A stretch of DNA of 64,000 nucleotides from Bradymonadia bacterium (lineage in GTDB: Bacteria > Myxococcota_A > Bradymonadia > UBA7976 > UBA1532). The stretch covers positions 256,001 to 320,000 of the forward strand of contig JBKAGE010000037.1 of NCBI GenBank assembly GCA_046290225.1, read 5' to 3'. The number at the start of each line of letters is the position of its first letter. Positions within the stretch are counted from its first letter, which is position 1. This document shows, piece after piece, positions 1 through 11,592 of this stretch. The translations under genes were made by a program, and so were the position numbers. Under the pieces are notes generated by a model. It saw nothing but the letters and a program-made list of their open reading frames with translations. It was not told where the DNA came from and did not search any database.

Positions 1-126
1 GCGGCGGTGGATCGAGGGCTGGAGTACGTGGCCACGTGGAACGCCGCTCACCTCATGACTCAAGATCTCGGCCAGGCGGTCACCGCCATGATCACCAAGC
101 AGACGCCGGAATACGAAGGCCGCTGA
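1..126 (+). CDS. 3' end of a crotonase/enoyl-CoA hydratase family protein (partial)
   Basis: Frame 1 reads ...DRGLEYVATWNAAHLMTQDLGQAVTAMITKQTPEYEGR*, resembling the C-terminus of dienoyl-CoA isomerase-type crotonases. Confidence 0.7.
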   Translation, partial: AAVDRGLEYVATWNAAHLMTQDLGQAVTAMITKQTPEYEGR

Positions 127-140
127 CTCCCCTCCTCTCC

Positions 141-172
141 AACCCCCTTGTTCTGAAGGGGTTTTCATTTTC
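141..172 (+). terminator. Possible intrinsic terminator
   Basis: aaccccctt...aaggggtt hairpin followed by a T-rich tract just after the stop at 126. Confidence 0.45.
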
Positions 173-196
173 TCTGATCTTTTTTCGGGCAATTTA

Positions 197-220
197 GAAC
201 TTCTGCGCCCACCTCCCGTT
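197..220 (+). promoter_or_regulatory. Candidate ECF-sigma-type promoter
   Basis: GAACTT...CGTT with AAC-N16-CGT spacing, about 40 nt upstream of the ATG at 259. Confidence 0.35.
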
Positions 221-258
221 CCAACAGCTCACAACGCTTAGAGGCACAGGAGATCATC

Positions 259-765
259 ATGAAGTCACTCGCTCTCACCTTCGCTCTCATGGCCGGCGCA
301 GTCACCGTGGTACCCGCCGTCACCGTCAGCACCGCCGATGCCTGCGCCATGCGCAAGGTACGCAAGCCCGTCTCCTCGAAGGCCATGGTGGCCAAGGCCG
401 AGCGGGCGGAGAAGCGAGAGAACACCCGTCAGGCCATCCGCCTCTACGAGCGGGCCATGAACAACAGCCGCGGTGACGAGGTGGTTCGGGCCAACGCCGC
501 CCTCGCCGCCGCCCGCCTGCACAGCTCACTGGGCCACGACGACCAGGCCCTGGCCCGGGTGAAGCGCGCCACCGAGCTCGCCCCCGATCAGGCGGACGCC
601 TGGGCGGCTTACAGCGCCCTCCAGGCCAAGGCTGGCCAGATCGAAGGTGCTCGGACCGCCCTTGACACTGCCCGCAAGCTGGGTGCAGATGCAGAGACCC
701 TGAGCGCCGCCGAGGCGGTGGTCGACGGCGCCTCTGCCGTGAAGACCGCCAAGGTCGACGGCTGA
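259..765 (+). CDS. Exported tetratricopeptide-repeat protein
   Basis: N-terminal signal peptide; TPR-like helices (ALARVKRATELAPDQADAW); AGGAG RBS. Confidence 0.75.
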   Translation: MKSLALTFALMAGAVTVVPAVTVSTADACAMRKVRKPVSSKAMVAKAERAEKRENTRQAIRLYERAMNNSRGDEVVRANAALAAARLHSSLGHDDQALARVKRATELAPDQADAWAAYSALQAKAGQIEGARTALDTARKLGADAETLSAAEAVVDGASAVKTAKVDG

Positions 766-788
766 CTTCGAGCCGCACAGGAGCTGCC

Positions 789-2108
789 ATGCGCCTGCTC
801 TACGCCTTCCTCTGTCTCTTCCCCACCCTCGCATCTGCCCAATCATCGACGCTCTCGCCCGAGGCCCTCGCAGGCCGTGAAGCGATGAAGGCCGCTCAAT
901 GCAACCGGTGTCACCCGATCTCCGACGCCGCGCAGAAGGGCCATGGCCTGCCTCCTGCTGAGCAGGCAATGCACTGTGTCGACTGTCACACCTGGATCCT
1001 CGGCACGCGGGGTGATCAGAAAGCCATCGAAGCGCAGCGAGAGACGTTCCCCGACTGGGATCGCTACCTCGAGAACATCGTGCACTTCACCGTCCTGCCC
1101 GATCTGGGCACCCTCACCCGGCGCGTGCGGCCGGACTTCGTCCGTCGCTATCTCGATGGCCCCTTCGATCTGAGGCCTCACCTCGACGAGGCCATGATCC
1201 CGGTGAAGCTGACCGCGACTCAGAAAGACGCCGTGGTGGCTTATCTGACGTCGCTCAACCCGCCCCTCGCCGATCCCCCGACGAAGCCCATCAGCCCCGA
1301 GGGGATCGCAGCAGGCAAGCAGGCCTTCATCACCAGGGGTTGCCCTGCGTGCCACGTGATGGGCGATACGCCGGTCTTGCCAGCCTTCGATGCGGCGTTC
1401 TACGGGCGACTGAAGGCTGCTGCCCCCGCTGACTTTCCTGCCCGCCTCGCGCCAGATCTGCGCTATGTGCGTGAGCGGATCCCCCGAGATACGCTGGTGG
1501 CCTTCATCCAGAACCCCACTCAGGTAGATCCGAAGAGCCGCATGCCCAATCAAGGCGTGAAGCCCCAAGAAGCCGAGCGCATCGCCGATTTCTTGTTGGC
1601 CGCTCAGATCTCACCGCTCCCCGAGGCACAGACGGTCTCTGTCGACGAGGGCCAGTTCCCCGTGCTGGACCGCCCGGTGACCTATGACGAGGTCTTCGAC
1701 GAGGTCTTCGGCTTCATCTGCGTGCACTGTCACATGCACCCGGAGAGCAACAACGGGGATGGCGGCGCCGGGAACACAGGGGGACTGGGCTGGCCAGGGG
1801 CACGGCTCGATCTGGAGACCTACGAGGGCATGAAGGCGGGCTTGAAGCGCCCTGGCGACGCTCAGGCCACGGATATTCTGGCCCGAGGACCAGGGGGAGA
1901 GCCGCCCTTGCTCTGGCGCGCGCTGCTCAAGCGTCACCAGGAGGCCAGCCGCGACGTCCGCCCGCCATTTGCCCGGGGACCGCGCCTCTCCACCCCCACC
2001 GACGGCACCCACCCGGGTATGCCTCTGGGCCTGCCGCCGCTGTCGAAGCGCAAGATGCAACTGATCCGCACGTGGCTCGCTCAGGGCGCCAAAGGACCGA
2101 CGCCCTGA
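789..2108 (+). CDS. Exported multiheme (4 CxxCH) c-type cytochrome
   Basis: Signal peptide; CNRCH, CVDCH, CPACH, CVHCH; distal MP motifs. Confidence 0.85.
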   Translation: MRLLYAFLCLFPTLASAQSSTLSPEALAGREAMKAAQCNRCHPISDAAQKGHGLPPAEQAMHCVDCHTWILGTRGDQKAIEAQRETFPDWDRYLENIVHFTVLPDLGTLTRRVRPDFVRRYLDGPFDLRPHLDEAMIPVKLTATQKDAVVAYLTSLNPPLADPPTKPISPEGIAAGKQAFITRGCPACHVMGDTPVLPAFDAAFYGRLKAAAPADFPARLAPDLRYVRERIPRDTLVAFIQNPTQVDPKSRMPNQGVKPQEAERIADFLLAAQISPLPEAQTVSVDEGQFPVLDRPVTYDEVFDEVFGFICVHCHMHPESNNGDGGAGNTGGLGWPGARLDLETYEGMKAGLKRPGDAQATDILARGPGGEPPLLWRALLKRHQEASRDVRPPFARGPRLSTPTDGTHPGMPLGLPPLSKRKMQLIRTWLAQGAKGPTP

Positions 2109-2193
2109 GGGTGTGCCCTTGAGATCGTGCCCTGAGGCCACGCCTTGAGCCTACCGGTTGCTCTCCTCTGCCGGCGCTCTCATAATCCCCGCC

Positions 2194-3234
2194 ATGTCAG
2201 CCTCTACCCCATCGCCTTCGAGCGAAGAAATCGCCCTGGCCGTCGCGGCCCTCGAAGCCGGCGAGTTGGTGGCCATGCCCACGGAGACGGTCTACGGCCT
2301 CGCCGCAGACGCCACCTCACCAGAGGCCGTGGGTCGCATCTTCGACGCCAAAGGCCGACCTCGAAAACACCCGGTCATCGTGCACCTTGGCGACGCCAGC
2401 TGGATGGCTCGCTGGGCCGCCGAGATCACGCCGGAAGCAGAGGCCCTTGCCGAGGCTTTCTGGCCTGGCCCCATGACCCTGATCGTGCCCCGAGGCCCCG
2501 CGGCCCACGATGGCGTCACAGGGGGCCGACCCACAGTGGGCCTCCGGGTGCCCGGACACCCGGTGGCGCTGGCCCTCGTCCAGGCCTTTGGCCGCGGCGT
2601 AGCGGCCCCTTCTGCAAACCGTTTCGGGCGCGTGAGCCCCACTGAGGCTGCCCATGTGGCCGCGGAGCTCGGAGATCGCGTCTCAGTGATTCTCGACGGC
2701 GGGCCCTGTGACGTGGGGGTGGAGTCCACCATCGTCGATCTCACCGGCCCGAAGGCCCGCGTGCTTCGACCAGGTCACGTCACCCCCGAGGCGCTGGGTG
2801 CCGTGCTGGGCTACGTCCCAGATGCGGGCCCGGTGGTGGTGGAGGGCAATGCAGGTGAGGCCCCCGGCACGCTGGCGAGCCATTACGCCCCCAGAGCAGG
2901 CGTCTATTTGCTCCCTCGCGGCGCCCTGGCACAGGCAGCTCTGGAAGACTACATCGGCGCCGGTGAGGCTGTAGCGGTCTATGCACGCTGTGGTCGTCCG
3001 TCAGACCTGCCCGAGGCGATCATCTGGCGGCGCGCCCCCGACAGTCCGCGGCAATATGCCCAACAACTCTACGCCACGCTGCGAGCCCTCGACGAGGCCG
3101 GGGTCGACTCGATCCTGGTGGAGACGCCCCCAGAGCATCCTCAGTGGCAGGCCATCGCTGATCGACTGAGCCGCGCTGCGGCCCCCCGAATGCATTCACA
3201 GGCCTCACCCCCAGGTGAGCAGGAGACGTCATGA
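2194..3234 (+). CDS. tsaC: L-threonylcarbamoyladenylate synthase (Sua5/TsaC with C-terminal Sua5 domain)
   Basis: [31 protein letters not shown] and APG..SHYAP motifs; ATG at 2194 (ORF open from 2158). Confidence 0.95.
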   Translation: MSASTPSPSSEEIALAVAALEAGELVAMPTETVYGLAADATSPEAVGRIFDAKGRPRKHPVIVHLGDASWMARWAAEITPEAEALAEAFWPGPMTLIVPRGPAAHDGVTGGRPTVGLRVPGHPVALALVQAFGRGVAAPSANRFGRVSPTEAAHVAAELGDRVSVILDGGPCDVGVESTIVDLTGPKARVLRPGHVTPEALGAVLGYVPDAGPVVVEGNAGEAPGTLASHYAPRAGVYLLPRGALAQAALEDYIGAGEAVAVYARCGRPSDLPEAIIWRRAPDSPRQYAQQLYATLRALDEAGVDSILVETPPEHPQWQAIADRLSRAAAPRMHSQASPPGEQETS

Positions 3235-3718
3235 GCGATTCCCCCCTGGTCTCGGTGATCATGGGCAGCCGGTCGGACTGGGACACCATGCGCCATGCTG
3301 ACGAGGTACTCACCGAGCTCGAGATCCCCCACGAGTGCATGGTGGTCTCGGCCCACCGCACCCCACACTGGATGGCGGAGTTCGCCGCCGAGGTCGAGGG
3401 CCGGGGCGTCGAGGTGATCATCGCCGGCGCTGGCGGCGCAGCGCATTTGCCGGGCATGGTGGCTGCACAGACCGTGGTGCCCGTGCTCGGCGTACCCGTG
3501 AAGTCGTCCACGCTGAGCGGGGTGGACTCGCTCTATTCGATCGTGCAAATGCCTGGAGGCGTGCCCGTGGGCACCCTGGCCATCGGCAAGGCAGGGGCTA
3601 AGAACGCCGGCCTCCTCGCTGCGGCCATCCTCGGCAACACCCGCGCCGAGATCCGCGAGCGCCTCAAAGCGTGGCGCGCAGCTCAGACAGAGCGCGTGCT
3701 CGCTGATCGGCAGCTGCC

Positions 3719-3722
<4 letters not shown>
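3231..3722 (+). CDS. purE: N5-carboxyaminoimidazole ribonucleotide mutase
   Basis: [23 protein letters not shown] and [11 protein letters not shown] motifs. Confidence 0.97.
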
Positions 3723-4868
<1,146 letters not shown>

Positions 4869-4882
<14 letters not shown>

Positions 4883-6062
4883 TCGGGATCGCGAGGTTGA
4901 AGGTGGCGCCGGGGCCCTCGGGGCACAGGGTCAACCGCCCGCCCACGGCCTCCAAGGCTTGCCGACATTCATAGAGGCCCGCTCCAGACCCGCCCACGGC
5001 TCGCCGGGTGGTCACCCCTCGCTCGAAGATGATGTTGTGTAGATGGGTCGGCACCCCAGGGCCGTTGTCGGTGATTTGGATCAGCGCGCAGCCGCCCTCG
5101 ACGGCCATCCGCACCTTCACGGTGGGCACCGTTGGCGGCATGGGGGCCTCCACCATGGCCTGGTGAGCATTGTGGAGCAGGTTGAAGAGCACCCGGGTGC
5201 CCGTGAGCGGATCGATGGCCAGGGGCACATCAGGCAATGCATCACAGAGAATGTTCAGCCCCGCGCCTTCGAGCAATGACGCCGAGGCGGCCAGCATCTT
5301 GGGCAGCGTCGTCGAGGTGGCCTCGGACTCTTCGCTGTGTCGCGCCCGCTCGTGCAGTTGACGCATCAGCGAGAGGCCCTGCTCGAGCACCTCGACCTCT
5401 TTGAGCAGGCTCGTGGATTGATCACCGAGTTGCGTCGCCGCCATCCTGATAAGCTGACAGTTCAGGGTCAGCGCACCTGAGATATTGCCGAGATCGTGCA
5501 GGAGCGCCTGCTGCGCCCGCAGTTTCTTCGACACAGGATCCAGAGCCCGCAACTGCGCCTCGAGCTGCTCACATCGAGCAGAGGCCGTGTGGCTCTCCAG
5601 CCACGCCTCCAGTGGCAGCGCCAGATCACGCCAGCGGTGAGGTTTGCCGATGGCCCGATCGATCCCTGGGGGTAAGGGGCCGTAAGGCGGCGCCTGGCTG
5701 AGCATGATGCACATCAGCTCGCGGTGCGCGTGTTGCCACTGTGTTTTGAGATCAGGCAGTCGCCGCAGGTCGACGCCAGCATCGACGAGCAGGATCGGGG
5801 TCTCCGGCGCAAGGCGCTCGAAGGCCTCGTCGAGGGTCTTTGCCCGATCCAACACGAACGTGTGCCGGTCGCTGTTGAGGATGGGGTTGAAATGTTGGGG
5901 ACCCGAGGTGACATGCAGAATCACCTCAGGTGAAGAGTCTTTGACAGCATAAATGCTGTGCGCAGCTGTACTCACGGCTCCCCTTTTGCCCGTTGGGAGT
6001 GTTCGTATTCTGAGCTGCCCTGCGCCGAATTGAATGGCCCGCCAATCGGCTCTGAAAATCAA
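4869..6062 (-). CDS. Sensor histidine kinase with degenerate N-terminal receiver-like region (start uncertain)
   Basis: H-box LLHDLGN, N-box NLLHNA, G1 DNGPG, F-box IFERG, G2 GSGAGL. Confidence 0.8.
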
Positions 6063-6626
6063 ACCTGAAACGCCCAGCCTGCAAGCAGATGCTGAATCAG
6101 GTTTTTAGAAATGAAAGGCCCTGGGAGCAGATCGCCACGTGGAGATCTCACAGCGGCTACGGCTTCCGCGCTCCCAGGAAGGTGACGCTGGGGATTCGTC
6201 CCACGCCCCTTGCCGAGACGGCACGACGTTCAGAACGCCGTCACCTCACTCGCCGTAGTGTTGACATTACCCAACAGATCACCTCCTTTCCTGGCGCATT
6301 GAACACGGGCAGGGCCCAGACCCCACCATCGCTTGATCACGCTCTCCGAGCCGCCGTCACTCGGGACGCGATGCGCTCGATCCGGCGTACGGATCAAACT
6401 CGGGCACTGAGTGGAGCGCCCTCGTTGCTCTTTCACGGTAACGAAGACAGGGCTCCAAAACAAAAAAAAGCCTGCATCTCGAAACAACCTTGAACGCACA
6501 GGATTTGCCGAGCCCCTCGTGACGAGGGGGGCATGTGTTCAGACAGGGTCAAGTTTCGTCGGCCCCCACCCGTTGTGCATCTGAAGACGCTGTCTCGAAG
6601 ACGCCGAGCAACCTCCGAAGGCCACC

Positions 6627-8927
6627 GTGACCCGCATCCTGCTCATCCACGACCAGAGCGCAGCCCGGGAGAGGCTCCAAGACCTCTTTGCCGAAAAGGA
6701 CGAGATCACGCTGACCAGCGCTGCTGATCTCGACGGTGCTCGACAACATCTACACGACGCTCGCACGCCCTTCGACGCGCTGCTGATCAGGTGGTCTCTC
6801 GCCGATCACCAAGCCCTGAAGCTGCTCAGCACGGTCCGGCCCAACCGGAGCACCCGGCTGCTGGCCTTCAACCCGCAATGGCACCCACATGACTTGAGAC
6901 AGGCGTTTCACCTCGGTGTCGAAGCCTTCTTCACCGAGCCGCTGGAGCCGGGCTCCGTACTCGCCGAGCTGCGCATCATGGAGCGCCTGAGCAAGGGGAT
7001 GACCCGCGCCCGACTGCTCATGCAGGAGCCGGTCTCGCTGCTCGAGCCTCAACGACGCCTCTGGAGCGGCATCGATGATCCGGTGTGGGCCTCTCGCATG
7101 GCCACCCGGGCCGAGCAAGTGCTCATGCTGGTGCAAGAGGAGCACGAGGCCCGGGTCACGCGGGTGAAGACCGATTTGGAGCGGGCCATCATCGACGGCG
7201 CCCCGCTGACCACCAGCCTCACCCTCGGTGTCTGCGCCGCGCTCAGATCTCAAGACCCGGACCTCGTCACCATCGCCGAGGAGCACGGCACGGAGCTGGC
7301 CACCCTCGACACGCTCGTCGAAGCCCTCGAAGCGGACATGGCCGACGAGATCGAGCAGGAGGTTCACCGACCGGAGCTGATCTGGGCGGTGGAGTCGCTC
7401 GCTGTAGAGCTGGACCAGAAAGAGCGGGAGAGCACCCAACTCGACGCCCTCGGTCGCCTGCGCACGCAAGGTCAGGCCATGGTGGAGGCGAGCGCTCCCA
7501 CCCCTGACGTACTCAAGGGCTTCATCAGCGCTCTCATCGACGTCATGCAGTTTCCGCTCACGGAGCTGGGCTCGCTCTCGCCCGACCAGCTCAAGGATCT
7601 CGCCCGCCATGCGTGCTGTGACGATCTCGAGCTGGGGCTGGTACGCATTCGGGTGACCCTGCTCGGCCACAGTCTGCGCGACATCCCTCAGTCGGCCTTC
7701 TTCAGTTTGGAGCCTGATCGCTTCAAAGCCCTCGCCAGCGTTTTCGGCACTCAGCCCAACCGGATCGGTGACGCCCTCGAAGAGATCAAAGATGTGCTCG
7801 CTGCGGTCGACCCCGGAGTGACGGAGCCCCTGCCCGACTTGAGCAAGCTGCGTCGGATCGCCCGCAACATGAAGCATGCGGTAGGTGTGCCTGGTGTGTC
7901 TTCGGATCGGCTGAAGGCGGTGCTTCTCAGCCTCGCGGATGCGGGTGAGCCTGATGGTGAGCTCGACACGCGGCGCATCAGCGCGTTGCACGCCCAAATC
8001 GAAATGCTGCTCACGGCCAGGGTGAGCCGGTCGGTGCTCTATGCCCTGGGGCGCGCGATGGCCGCGGCAGAGGAAGACGAGGCTCACCCTCTAGGCGCTA
8101 CGAGCAAGCAAATCGGCGCCTTGATGCGTCCGCAGGGTGATCCGCAGCTGCCAGACGAGATCAACCAGTGGGCCATGATGCCTCAGAACCAGCGGCCCAC
8201 GCTGTTGGCCATGAGCGCCCGTGGTGCCCGCCTCGGCGCGGCAGCTGCGCCTGCCGCCCCAGCACCATCGGCACCTGCGCCAGCACCCGCCCCAGCGCCC
8301 CCCGCTGCAGAGCCTGAGGCCGCACCAGCCCAAAGCGCCCCCCAACAGAGCCCGCCCGCACAGGCTCAACGACCAGGTCGCGGCAACCACCGCACGGCGC
8401 CCAAACACCAGTACAAAGGCCCCCCGGAGCTGGTCGCCTTCCTGGAAGAGCATTCGAACGATCTCACGGGGATCCTCGCCCACCTGCGCGATCTCAAATC
8501 GAAGGGCGACGACGGCACGCTCAAGCAGCTCCGACAGATGCTCGGGCTCCGAGCAGGGCCCAGCACCACCCAGGATGTGCGCCGCCTGATGGGCGAATCT
8601 CGCCTCGATGGCGCCTATGTCGCCGCCCAGGAGCTCACCGACGAAGACCAGAAGACCGCGCCGATGCTCAACGAGGTGGCGTTGTCGCTGAGGGTCTTTG
8701 GCCATGTACAGGAGGGCGCCGAGCTCTTCGAACGCGCCACACGGTTGCAGCCCAACAGGCCCTCGCTCTTGTTCAACTATGCCCGCATCAAGATCGAGCT
8801 CGGGCATTACGAGGAGGCCATGGAGTTGCTTGAGCGGGTCATCAAGCTCGCCCCGGATCTCAAAGCAGCCAAGGCTTTGCTCTTCAACGTGCGCAAGCGC
8901 CTTCAGGCACGCTCAGCGGCATCGTAG
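6627..8927 (+). CDS. Pseudo-receiver domain protein with Pro/Ala linker and C-terminal TPRs
   Basis: N-terminal REC-like pattern (RILLIHD...DALLIRW...FFTEP); C-terminal TPRs (FERATRLQPN, LERVIKLAPD). Confidence 0.7.
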   Translation: MTRILLIHDQSAARERLQDLFAEKDEITLTSAADLDGARQHLHDARTPFDALLIRWSLADHQALKLLSTVRPNRSTRLLAFNPQWHPHDLRQAFHLGVEAFFTEPLEPGSVLAELRIMERLSKGMTRARLLMQEPVSLLEPQRRLWSGIDDPVWASRMATRAEQVLMLVQEEHEARVTRVKTDLERAIIDGAPLTTSLTLGVCAALRSQDPDLVTIAEEHGTELATLDTLVEALEADMADEIEQEVHRPELIWAVESLAVELDQKERESTQLDALGRLRTQGQAMVEASAPTPDVLKGFISALIDVMQFPLTELGSLSPDQLKDLARHACCDDLELGLVRIRVTLLGHSLRDIPQSAFFSLEPDRFKALASVFGTQPNRIGDALEEIKDVLAAVDPGVTEPLPDLSKLRRIARNMKHAVGVPGVSSDRLKAVLLSLADAGEPDGELDTRRISALHAQIEMLLTARVSRSVLYALGRAMAAAEEDEAHPLGATSKQIGALMRPQGDPQLPDEINQWAMMPQNQRPTLLAMSARGARLGAAAAPAAPAPSAPAPAPAPAPPAAEPEAAPAQSAPQQSPPAQAQRPGRGNHRTAPKHQYKGPPELVAFLEEHSNDLTGILAHLRDLKSKGDDGTLKQLRQMLGLRAGPSTTQDVRRLMGESRLDGAYVAAQELTDEDQKTAPMLNEVALSLRVFGHVQEGAELFERATRLQPNRPSLLFNYARIKIELGHYEEAMELLERVIKLAPDLKAAKALLFNVRKRLQARSAAS

Positions 8928-8984
8928 ACCACACCCTCTGCCACCTTTTCCGCTGCGTGGCGTCCTTTACATCAAAGATGTGGA

Positions 8985-10052
8985 ATGGATGCGCACATGC
9001 ACGGAATCCTCTCGTGGACTTTGGAGCAGGTCGAGCGCGGCCGCGTACCTGATGTGGCCGTGCGGGCAGGCATCAGGCGACTGCTCGCGCAACGACAGAG
9101 CCGACTCATGGCCGGTGGGTGTGAGGCGCGGCAAGCTCGCACAGAGGCCCTCGTCGAAGGCCTCCGCGCCGGACCCGTCGCCGTGGACACCGACGCCGCC
9201 AATGCTCAGCACTACGAAGTCCCTGGTGCTTTCTTCGAGCGCGTGCTGGGCCCTCACCTCAAATACAGCTGCTGTCACTGGTCCCCAGGCGTCACCGATC
9301 TGGCCATAGCGGAGGCCGAGGCGCTGCAGATCACCTGCGAGCGTGCAGAGCTCGCCGACGGCATGCGGATTCTGGAGCTGGGGTGTGGATGGGGCTCGCT
9401 GTCGCTCTGGATGGCCGAGCACTACCCCGACGCGCAGATCACCGCCGTTTCGAACTCCAGCGGGCAGCGGGCCTGGATCACTGCAGAGGCGCAGCGTCGG
9501 GGGCTCGACAACCTCACCCTCGTCACCGCCGACATGAACACCTTCGAAGCGCCCGCGACCGATCATGGCCGAGGGTACGATCGGGTGATCTCCATCGAGA
9601 TGTTCGAGCACATGCGGAACTGGCCTGCCCTGATGCAGCGCATCAGCACCTGGCTCGCCCCTGGTGGGCGCCTCTTCACGCACGTCTTCTGCCACCGCGA
9701 TACGCCGTACATTTTCGAAGATTCTGGGCCTGCAGACTGGATGAGCCGGCACTTCTTCACTGGTGGGCTCATGCCTTCGGACGATCTGTTCCATCGTTTT
9801 CAGGACGACTTGCGACTCGTGCGAAGATGGCGATGGTCAGGTGTGCACTACCAGAAGACCGCCGAGGCCTGGCTGGCTCGGATGGATGCCGCCCACGACA
9901 CGCTGACACCAGTTCTCGAGGCCATCTACACCGAAGACGTGGAGCGCTGGCGTGCGCGCTGGCGGGTGTTTTTCATGGCCTGCGCGGAGTTGTTCGGCGA
10001 CGCAGAGGGCGAGCGCTGGTGGGTGGGGCACTACCTGTTCGAGCGGCCCTGA
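8985..10052 (+). CDS. Class I SAM-dependent methyltransferase, cyclopropane-fatty-acyl-phospholipid synthase-like
   Basis: NAQHYEVP, LKYSCC, ILELGCGWGS, SIEMFEHMRN and FFMACAELF motifs. Confidence 0.9.
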   Translation: MDAHMHGILSWTLEQVERGRVPDVAVRAGIRRLLAQRQSRLMAGGCEARQARTEALVEGLRAGPVAVDTDAANAQHYEVPGAFFERVLGPHLKYSCCHWSPGVTDLAIAEAEALQITCERAELADGMRILELGCGWGSLSLWMAEHYPDAQITAVSNSSGQRAWITAEAQRRGLDNLTLVTADMNTFEAPATDHGRGYDRVISIEMFEHMRNWPALMQRISTWLAPGGRLFTHVFCHRDTPYIFEDSGPADWMSRHFFTGGLMPSDDLFHRFQDDLRLVRRWRWSGVHYQKTAEAWLARMDAAHDTLTPVLEAIYTEDVERWRARWRVFFMACAELFGDAEGERWWVGHYLFERP

Positions 10053-10056
10053 GCGC

Positions 10057-10503
10057 TCAAGGGCGCACCATCATCACGTGGGGGATCTCCGCCTCGTAGA
10101 AGACATCACCCTCCCGACGCCAGCCCAAACGGGCGTACCAGGCCTCGAGATGGGCTTGGGCGTGCAGCTCTGCCGACACATCACCCATGGCCTCTTGCAC
10201 CTGCTCCATCAACCACGTGCCATAGCCACCCCGTTGGCGCTCGGGGTGCACCGCCACCCGACCCACCACCTGCGGGCTCTGCTCGGTGAACACGCGGGCG
10301 GTGCCGATGAGCAGCTCACCGTGCCAGAGCATGGCGTGGGCACACTCGGGATCACGGCCGTCGACCTCGGGCTCCGAGGTGATGCCCTGGCCTACGACGA
10401 AGACGAGATCGCGCAGGTGCAGGATGGCATACAGATCGTCTTTGGAGAGATCGGCCCAGGGGGTGAGCCGGAAGGTCAACTGATCAGTGGGCAGGGTGCT
10501 CAT
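10057..10503 (-). CDS. elaA: GNAT family N-acetyltransferase (ElaA-like)
   Basis: LYAILHLRDLVFVVGQ, VGRVAV, LHAQAHLEAWY and IPHVMM motifs. Confidence 0.85.
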   Translation of the reverse strand: MSTLPTDQLTFRLTPWADLSKDDLYAILHLRDLVFVVGQGITSEPEVDGRDPECAHAMLWHGELLIGTARVFTEQSPQVVGRVAVHPERQRGGYGTWLMEQVQEAMGDVSAELHAQAHLEAWYARLGWRREGDVFYEAEIPHVMMVRP

Positions 10504-10543
10504 GGGGTGAGGTTATACACCCCATGGTCACTGCGCAGGAACC

Positions 10544-11407
10544 TCAGAAGCCGTCTTCGCCGCCAAAGTCGTCTTCGCCGTCGAAGTCGTCCTCACCACC
10601 GAAGTCGTCGTTGTAGCAAGCAGCGTCGATCTGCTCGCAGCTGAGGTTCTGGTTTGCAGTGATACAGGCAGCCTCGGCAGCGGCCTCGGGATCCTGTGCG
10701 ATGAACTGCGTGCAGATCTCGACGCACTGGGCCTCGTCACCGAAGATATCTGCCGACTCCGCGGGGGCGCACCGGAAGGTCGTCGAGCACAAAGCGTTGC
10801 AGTCAGCGGCGCCCCCGGGGTTCACCGGGCCGCCCCCACCGCCGCCCCCCACAGGCTCGGGCTCGACGAAGTCATCCTCGTCGAAGTCACTGCAGAGGCC
10901 TTCCTGGCTGGCGAAGGTGCTGAACTCAGCGCACTCGTTGGCGATGAGGGTCTGTACCGCGCCGAGCTCTTCGGCGGTGGCTGCAGAGACGCACTCAGGC
11001 ACGCACTCGGAGACGGCAGCCTGCACATCGGCGTCGGAGAGGGTGAAGCCACAGGCGGAGGCGAAGCACTGCACCAGCCCGGTGCAGGCCACGGCACAGC
11101 TCTCGTTGCTCACGGGCACGGGCTCGCCCTGCACGCCGGAGAGGGCGCCATCGCCGCCGCCCTGCTGCTCGCCGCCGGCCTCACCGCCACCACCCTGCTG
11201 CTCGCCACCGCCAGCGGGAGTGCCGTCGCCGTTCCCGGCGCTGTTGTTGCTGCTGCCCCCAAAGAGGCTGCCGAGGGGGCTGCCGCTCCCACTCCCGCTG
11301 CCACTGCCATTCCCGTCATCGCTGTCGTCGTCACAGCCAGTGAAGGCGAGGCTCGCCGCAGCGAGGCTCAGGGCGATCATCGTGTTCAATCGGAAGGTGC
11401 GGTGCAT
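10544..11407 (-). CDS. Cys-rich lipoprotein with Gly-rich linkers and acidic tail
   Basis: Lipobox-like FTGC followed by DDD; two CxxxCxxxxxC-type Cys clusters; DDF(G/D)GE repeats at the C-terminus. Confidence 0.7.
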   Translation of the reverse strand: MHRTFRLNTMIALSLAAASLAFTGCDDDSDDGNGSGSGSGSGSPLGSLFGGSSNNSAGNGDGTPAGGGEQQGGGGEAGGEQQGGGDGALSGVQGEPVPVSNESCAVACTGLVQCFASACGFTLSDADVQAAVSECVPECVSAATAEELGAVQTLIANECAEFSTFASQEGLCSDFDEDDFVEPEPVGGGGGGGPVNPGGAADCNALCSTTFRCAPAESADIFGDEAQCVEICTQFIAQDPEAAAEAACITANQNLSCEQIDAACYNDDFGGEDDFDGEDDFGGEDGF

Positions 11408-11592
11408 GAGACTCCCCTCTCATCGGACGCTCGACTGTTCATTCAGTCAGTGTGTTCGGGCCACTCCACCGTGGTGGCATGGCCCCTCTAACGCGCTTCG
11501 CGAGGTAAAATTCAGAAATTGGCCGTTCATTGCAAGTCACCCCCTCAGAAAGCCCGCTGGCGTCTGTAGATCGCGGTGGCTAGTCTGGCACC

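Noticed and set aside
6089..6493. 134-aa ORF in the gap between the kinase and the pseudo-receiver gene
   Set aside because: Atypical composition, no clear RBS or motifs; more likely regulatory DNA.
11520..11534. TGGC...TTGCA sigma-54-like site upstream of the Mur ligase
   Set aside because: GG-to-GC spacing is 9 nt rather than the required 10.
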